Source: Amoeboradix gromovi X-113 (taxonomy: Eukaryota; Fungi; Sanchytriomycota). Taken from it: a stretch of 11,973 nt of DNA. The stretch spans positions 1 to 11,973 of the forward strand of contig JADGIF010000275.1 in the NCBI GenBank assembly GCA_018985225.1. The letters run 5' to 3'. The translations under genes and the position numbers were made by a program. Below, piece after piece: positions 7,577 to 11,973 of this stretch (position 1 is the stretch's first letter; every line of letters starts with the position of its first letter). The notes beneath the pieces are model-generated. The model did not search any database. It was not told the DNA's origin and saw only the letters and a list, made by a program, of their open reading frames with translations.

Positions 7577-7809
7577 CCATAAACTAGTTCCTAATCATTG
7601 AAGGTTCAATGATAGTGCAATAGCAAAGCAATGGCAATCAAAAAACTATTAGAATCGTTTTCAACCTTGAAGGTCACTTTTAGCAACGATAAGCTGGTTA
7701 CATAGCGTAGTAACTTATATTTTAAACCTTCTATTGTATCTGATGCCCCGCATGTTTAAATGTGGGTAACACTTTCCGAGAAGGAGCAAGGGATAAAGTA
7801 GCGGAGGCG

Positions 7810-8184
7810 ATGAGTAACCCAAAAGCATTTCCATTAGCAGACAATAAGTTAACGACAGAGTTGCTAGATCTTGTTCAACAATCTTCGCATTATAAGCAGT
7901 TGAAAAGGGGTGCCAATGAAGCTACCAAAACCTTGAACAGAGGTATTGCGGAATTAATTATCTTGACAGCGGATACCGATCCAATTGAAATATTATTACA
8001 TTTGCCATTGTTATGTGAAGATAAAAATGTTCCGTATGTTTTTGTGCCTTCTAAAACAGCTTTAGGGCGTGCCTGTGGAGTTAGCCGTCCAGTAATTGCT
8101 TGTAGTGTTATTGGGAATGAGGCTTCTCAATTGAAGCAATTGATTAATGACTTAAAAGTCAAAATTGAGCAATTATTATTGTAA
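7810..8184 (+). CDS. SNU13: Snu13/15.5K (L7Ae family) U4/U6 snRNP and box C/D snoRNP protein, 124 aa
   Basis: [68 protein letters not shown]. The first in-frame ATG is 7810 (the track's 7762 start is a GTG). Confidence 0.97.
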   Translation: MSNPKAFPLADNKLTTELLDLVQQSSHYKQLKRGANEATKTLNRGIAELIILTADTDPIEILLHLPLLCEDKNVPYVFVPSKTALGRACGVSRPVIACSVIGNEASQLKQLINDLKVKIEQLLL

Positions 8185-8332
8185 AAACAATAAATTAGTG
8201 AATGTCTGAATACTCTTTTGACGCGCAGATTAAACGGTTCTGAAGTCGTCAGTTCTCACGGTATCTCGTAATATGCACATGGAAGCATCATGTGGCATTC
8301 CTGAACTCTGTCATCTAAGTTTCGAAGATTAC

Positions 8333-8339
8333 TATATAA
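8333..8339 (+). promoter_or_regulatory. Candidate TATA box
   Basis: TATATAA ends 33 nt upstream of the ATG at 8373. Confidence 0.4.
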
Positions 8340-8372
8340 GCGTCAAGTCTCTTACGACACCTGCTTCAGTAA

Positions 8373-8897
8373 ATGGGTAGTACTTCACACTCACTGTATG
8401 AATCAATTAATAGAACCTTAGGAGACAGGTTCTTTGAATTCAATCATCTGAAGTTTGGAGGAATAGAAGTGTATGAAAACGGTGTGGTAAAACGATGCTA
8501 TAACAACAAAAAGATGGTATATCCAGACGGACAGCGATCATGCTTTATAAAATCAAACGGAAACGACATAAACAGCAATTTTCTTATTTATGATCCATTT
8601 AAGGCGATTATTGGGATATTACAAAAGCTAGACAGCGTCTGGATTGCTTGTTTAAAAACTTTGACTCAAAATGACCTTATAATTCGAATAGTCCATGAGA
8701 AGAAGAACTGTTATTTTTACAAAGATAACAAAGTTATTGGAAAATATAAACGTTCCAATTTGTTGCGGTGTCTTGGAAAACCTCGCCGTACACTTCATGT
8801 TCAAAAATTCACAGATCCTTATATCTTGATCTTTCTGAAATTATTAATTGACGAAATCACGACAGAATCAGGAGTAGCTCCTAAGAAATCTAAATAA
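8373..8897 (+). CDS. Hypothetical protein, 174 aa, possibly tubby-C-terminal/LURP-one/scramblase-like fold
   Basis: Beta-hairpin patterns (FLIYDPFKAIIGILQK, YFYKDNKVIGKYKR) and a terminal LHV...DPYILIFLKLLIDE hydrophobic helix are typical of that barrel fold. The stop overlaps AATAAA. The fold assignment is tentative. Confidence 0.65.
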   Translation: MGSTSHSLYESINRTLGDRFFEFNHLKFGGIEVYENGVVKRCYNNKKMVYPDGQRSCFIKSNGNDINSNFLIYDPFKAIIGILQKLDSVWIACLKTLTQNDLIIRIVHEKKNCYFYKDNKVIGKYKRSNLLRCLGKPRRTLHVQKFTDPYILIFLKLLIDEITTESGVAPKKSK

Positions 8898-8980
8898 TAA
8901 AATTTCATTTCTCTACGGTATTTTGTTTCACTGCAATATCACGTTTTTAGCGGCTCCTTTACCCACAAAATATTTAGTTA

Positions 8981-9580
8981 ATGTCATTACCTCAAGAACT
9001 GCTAGATAGCGAGGCACAAATCAAATTATTTAACAAGTGGACGTTTGAAGAAATTGATTGCAAAGATATTGCACTCGTTGATTATATCAGTGTCAAGAAA
9101 CCTGTCTACATTCCTCACTCAGCAGGTAGATACGCAGTTAAAAGATTTAGAAAAGCAAGCTGTCCTGTAGTTGAAAGATTGACTAATTCTCTTATGATGC
9201 ATGGTCGTAATAATGGTAAGAAATTAATGGCTCAGAGAATCGTCGAGGATGCCTTTGATATTATCCATTTGATGACTGGAGAAAACCCGTTGCAAATTAC
9301 TGTTGACGCTATCATGAATAGTGGTCCTCGTGAAGACTCCACTCGAATCGGGGGAGGCGGTGCTGTTCGTCGTCAGGCTGTCGATGTAGCTCCTTTACGT
9401 CGTGTCAACCAGGCTATCCACTTAGTCACTGCGGGTACTAGATCCTCTGCTTTCAGATCCATTAAAACAATTTCAGAGTGTCTTGCTGATGAATTAGTGA
9501 ATGCTGCCAAGGGATCGTCTTCTAGTTATGCTATCCGTAAAAAGGATGAATTAGAACGTGTTGCAAAGAGTAATCGTTAA
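8981..9580 (+). CDS. RPS5: 40S ribosomal protein S5 (uS7), 199 aa, intronless
   Basis: [87 protein letters not shown]. Confidence 0.98.
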   Translation: MSLPQELLDSEAQIKLFNKWTFEEIDCKDIALVDYISVKKPVYIPHSAGRYAVKRFRKASCPVVERLTNSLMMHGRNNGKKLMAQRIVEDAFDIIHLMTGENPLQITVDAIMNSGPREDSTRIGGGGAVRRQAVDVAPLRRVNQAIHLVTAGTRSSAFRSIKTISECLADELVNAAKGSSSSYAIRKKDELERVAKSNR

Positions 9581-9621
9581 ATAAAAACTATTTCATTGAT
9601 CCTTATTCTGTTTATTTATGC

Positions 9622-11080
9622 TTAAGCCAAATAGGTACTTGCGCTGGTTGTTCCTCCTCTTCCTACATTAATTATGGTTACCAGTCCAGTTTGTGTGAAC
9701 TACTGCATCATTTGACTCTAACTGATAGGTGTGTGCCCCGAAATAGTCTCGTTGTGCTTGTAACAAGTTGGCAGGCAGTTTAGCTGTTCTATAACCATCG
9801 TAAAATGCTAAAGCTGTACTCAACGCAGGGATCGGAATACCTTGTTCAATGGCAAAAGAGCAGACTCTTCTCCAAGCTGGCAATGCAACTTTTAAAGCGT
9901 TTTTAAAGAATGGATCCAGTAACAAATTCTTTAATTTCGGATTGCTCTTGAACGCATCAGTAATGTCACCAAGGAATGCGCTTCTTATAATACATCCTCC
10001 CCTCCACATCAAAGCAATTCCGCCGTAATTCAAATTCCATTTACTCTCAGTGGCTGCTTCTCGTAACAACATGAATCCTTGGGCGTAGCTTACAATCTTG
10101 GCACCATACAACGCATATTTTAAATCCTTAATAAGCTGCTGTTTCTTCGTGCTCGGTATATCTTGTGGCTCTGGGCCTGGCAATACTTTTGACGCTTCCA
10201 CTCGCTCTTGTTTCAGCGCAGATAAGCAGCGAGCAAATACAGCTTCGCCTATTAGAGTAACCGGCATGCCTAGATCTAAAGCACTCATAGCTGTCCATTT
10301 ACCTGTTCCCTTTTGACCTGCAGTGTCTTTAATCAGTTCCACTAAATATGAGTCGTTTTGCTTGAACTTTAGGATATCCGCAGTAATTTCAATCAAAAAC
10401 GAATCCAACTCTTCCTTGTTCCACTGCGCGAATATGTCAGATTGCTCTTGATTACCAATCCCAATTAACTTCATCAAATGGTATGCCTCACAAATAAGTT
10501 GCATATCTCCATATTCTATACCATTATGTACCATTTTAACAAAGTGACCACTACCTGCTTCACCTACCCAATCGCAACATGGCTCGCTTTCCGATTTGGC
10601 ACATACAGATTGGAACATCTCTTTTAAAATTGGCCAAGCTTCCAAATGTCCTCCAGGCATCATTGATGGACCATATCGAGCGCCTTCTTCTCCTCCACTT
10701 ACACCGCATCCTACAAACAAGATATTCTTTTGTTTTAACTCAAGATATCTTCGGTTCGTATCAGGGAAGTGCGAGTTTCCTCCATCTATAATGATATCAC
10801 CTTTCTCTAGCAATGGCAATACTAGTTGAATAAACTGATCCACTGCATCTCCAGCTTTAACCAAAAGGAAAACCTTTCTTGGTTTCTTTAGTTTGCCAAC
10901 AAAATCCTCGATTGAGTTTGCGCCTACAACTGCTGTACCCTTGGCTTCATTATTTAAGAAATCTGCTACTTTTGAAACTGTCCTATTGAATGCACATACC
11001 TTGTATCCGTGATCATTAAAATTCAATATCAAATTCTGACCCATAACTGCTAGCCCAATTAAACCCAAATCGCATGACAT
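9622..11080 (-). CDS. GND1: 6-phosphogluconate dehydrogenase (decarboxylating); two exons complement(join(9622..9662,9682..11080)), 479 aa
   Basis: GLIGLAVMGQNL, IIDGGNSHF, GVSGGEEGARYGPS, GHFVKMVHNGIEYGDMQ, GQKGTGKWT and LLQAQRDYFGAHTY. Splicing out 9663-9681 changes the C-terminus from HTNWTGNHN* to the canonical-type HTNWTGRGGTTSASTYLA*. Confidence 0.96.
9663..9681 (-). other. 19-nt spliceosomal (GT-AG) intron, phase 1
   Basis: Sequence GTAACCATAATTAATGTAG. Removal restores the frame into the conserved terminal peptide, and AATAAA lies 5 nt after the restored stop. Confidence 0.85.
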
Positions 11081-11145
11081 GATTCAAGGAGTATTGCGAT
11101 AAATTCAAAGATAATTTACCTTTATCCGTTATCTGCAACGTGCCT

Positions 11146-11175
11146 TAGGGACACCCATTGTGAAAGTAGACTAAT
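11146..11175 (+). repeat. Degenerate family B TIR copy
   Basis: GGGACACC-CATTGTGAAAG-TAGACTAA versus the TIR GGGACACY-AAATATAAAAAC-TAGACYAA. Downstream CCTTATAAAGAGG resembles CTTCATAAGGAGG inside the left end of 79-495. Confidence 0.5.
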
Positions 11176-11255
11176 TTACTTTAGCAGATAATCTCTATAT
11201 TTTCCTTATAAAGAGGCTTGGCAAATAGCTCATATTTTTGGTTAAACATAATTTA

Positions 11256-11579
11256 TACTCCTCGTTAAAAGTTCTAATATCCGATAAAATCGAGAATTTC
11301 CACAGAGAAACTCGCAGTGCTAGATGCTCCGTTACAGCGATTGCTCACGCTTTCACTACCCTGAGTCGGGATTGAGTAAGGATGCAGATACTTGATGTAT
11401 ATGTTCCTTGCTGCTATATGATCTCTATCTCCAAATGACAATTGGTACAGGATTACACCCATTAATTCCATTACCATTTGTGAAAAGGAAGATATCAAGT
11501 GCTCTAGCTATTGGAAAAATCTGGAAAAGTCATGAAATTATATAAAAATGCATACAAATTCGCGATAAAATGATTTATT
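11256..11579 (+). repeat. Dispersed repeat family A, copy A2
   Basis: Same ends as A1 (TACTCCT...TAAAAGT at left, GATAAA...ATTTATT at right), with exact 21- and 22-nt shared blocks. Confidence 0.88.
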
Positions 11580-11863
11580 CAAGAAAACAATCGAGTTGCT
11601 TCCCCTAGACTTTCGGATTCGGATATAAACGATCTATTTCCAGATAATTAAGTAGTAATCGGCGACAGACCAAGCTCAGAGTGATTCTTACCAGTTGGAG
11701 ATGCCCATGATGCATTGCTTAACGAAGATAGTGATATACAGGAAGGAATACATCAATAAATATGATATTCAATAAAAAACGGAACATGAATTATTTTTAA
11801 ACCATATAACCAAGTATACACGGGGATAGCCTCTTGGTCAAGGTGACACCATATTTCAAAGAC

Positions 11864-11951
11864 TGGGACATGCTCTGTAGAAAGTAGACTGGGGGTAAAA
11901 AGCGGATGACGAGATTTACCCAGTTGAAGTTTTCACAGTAGTGTCCCATAT
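11864..11951. repeat. Short imperfect inverted repeat built from two family B TIR-like arms
   Basis: Left arm TGGGACATGCTCTGTAGAAAGTAGACTGGGGGTAAA versus the reverse complement of the right arm TGGGACACTACTGTGAAAACTTCAACTGGGTAAA. TAGTGTCCCATAT (11939-11951) is identical to 482-494. Confidence 0.55.
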
Positions 11952-11973
11952 TTCTTCACCTAGGCAATAGGCG

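Noticed and set aside
7760-7801. Upstream micro-exon ATGTGG|GTAAC for SNU13, and the GTG start at 7762
   Set aside because: No available AG gives a frame-compatible intron. The protein is complete from the ATG at 7810.
10098-11498. ORFs 10098-10316, 10579-10791, 10596-10829 and 11274-11498
   Set aside because: The first three are antisense to gnd. The last lies within repeat copy A2 and has a TTG start.
1-11973. tRNA, rRNA, snRNA, CRISPR array or stop-codon reassignment
   Set aside because: No such motifs or regularly spaced repeats recognised. Conserved genes translate and terminate normally under the standard code.

Overview
This is an AT-rich, very gene-dense eukaryotic (fungus-like) window with 11 supportable protein-coding genes and intergenic gaps as short as 17-83 bp. 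Recognisable genes are ALG8, SNU13, RPS5 and 6-phosphogluconate dehydrogenase (gnd). There are four predicted surface proteins with very short signal peptides: an LRR receptor-like protein, an expansin/RlpA-like protein and two small GPI-like proteins. Also present are a probable miniaturised radial-spoke-head (RSPH9-like) protein, a possible tubby/LURP-like protein and one orphan. The LRR N-cap style, compaction and degenerate flagellar gene suggest an early-diverging zoosporic fungus such as a sanchytrid (inference, not verified). The main signals not explained by the ORF track are: (1) a 19-nt GT-AG intron that restores the canonical C-terminus of gnd; (2) a 417-bp element with 35-bp terminal inverted repeats, whose TIR recurs four more times; (3) a second dispersed repeat family (4 copies, two head-to-head) with a GCAA-tetraloop hairpin showing a compensatory change; (4) AATAAA overlapping or within 5 nt of the stop codon in 9 of 11 genes; (5) a kink-turn-like fold over the SNU13 start codon. 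All alignments were made by eye and no database searches were run.
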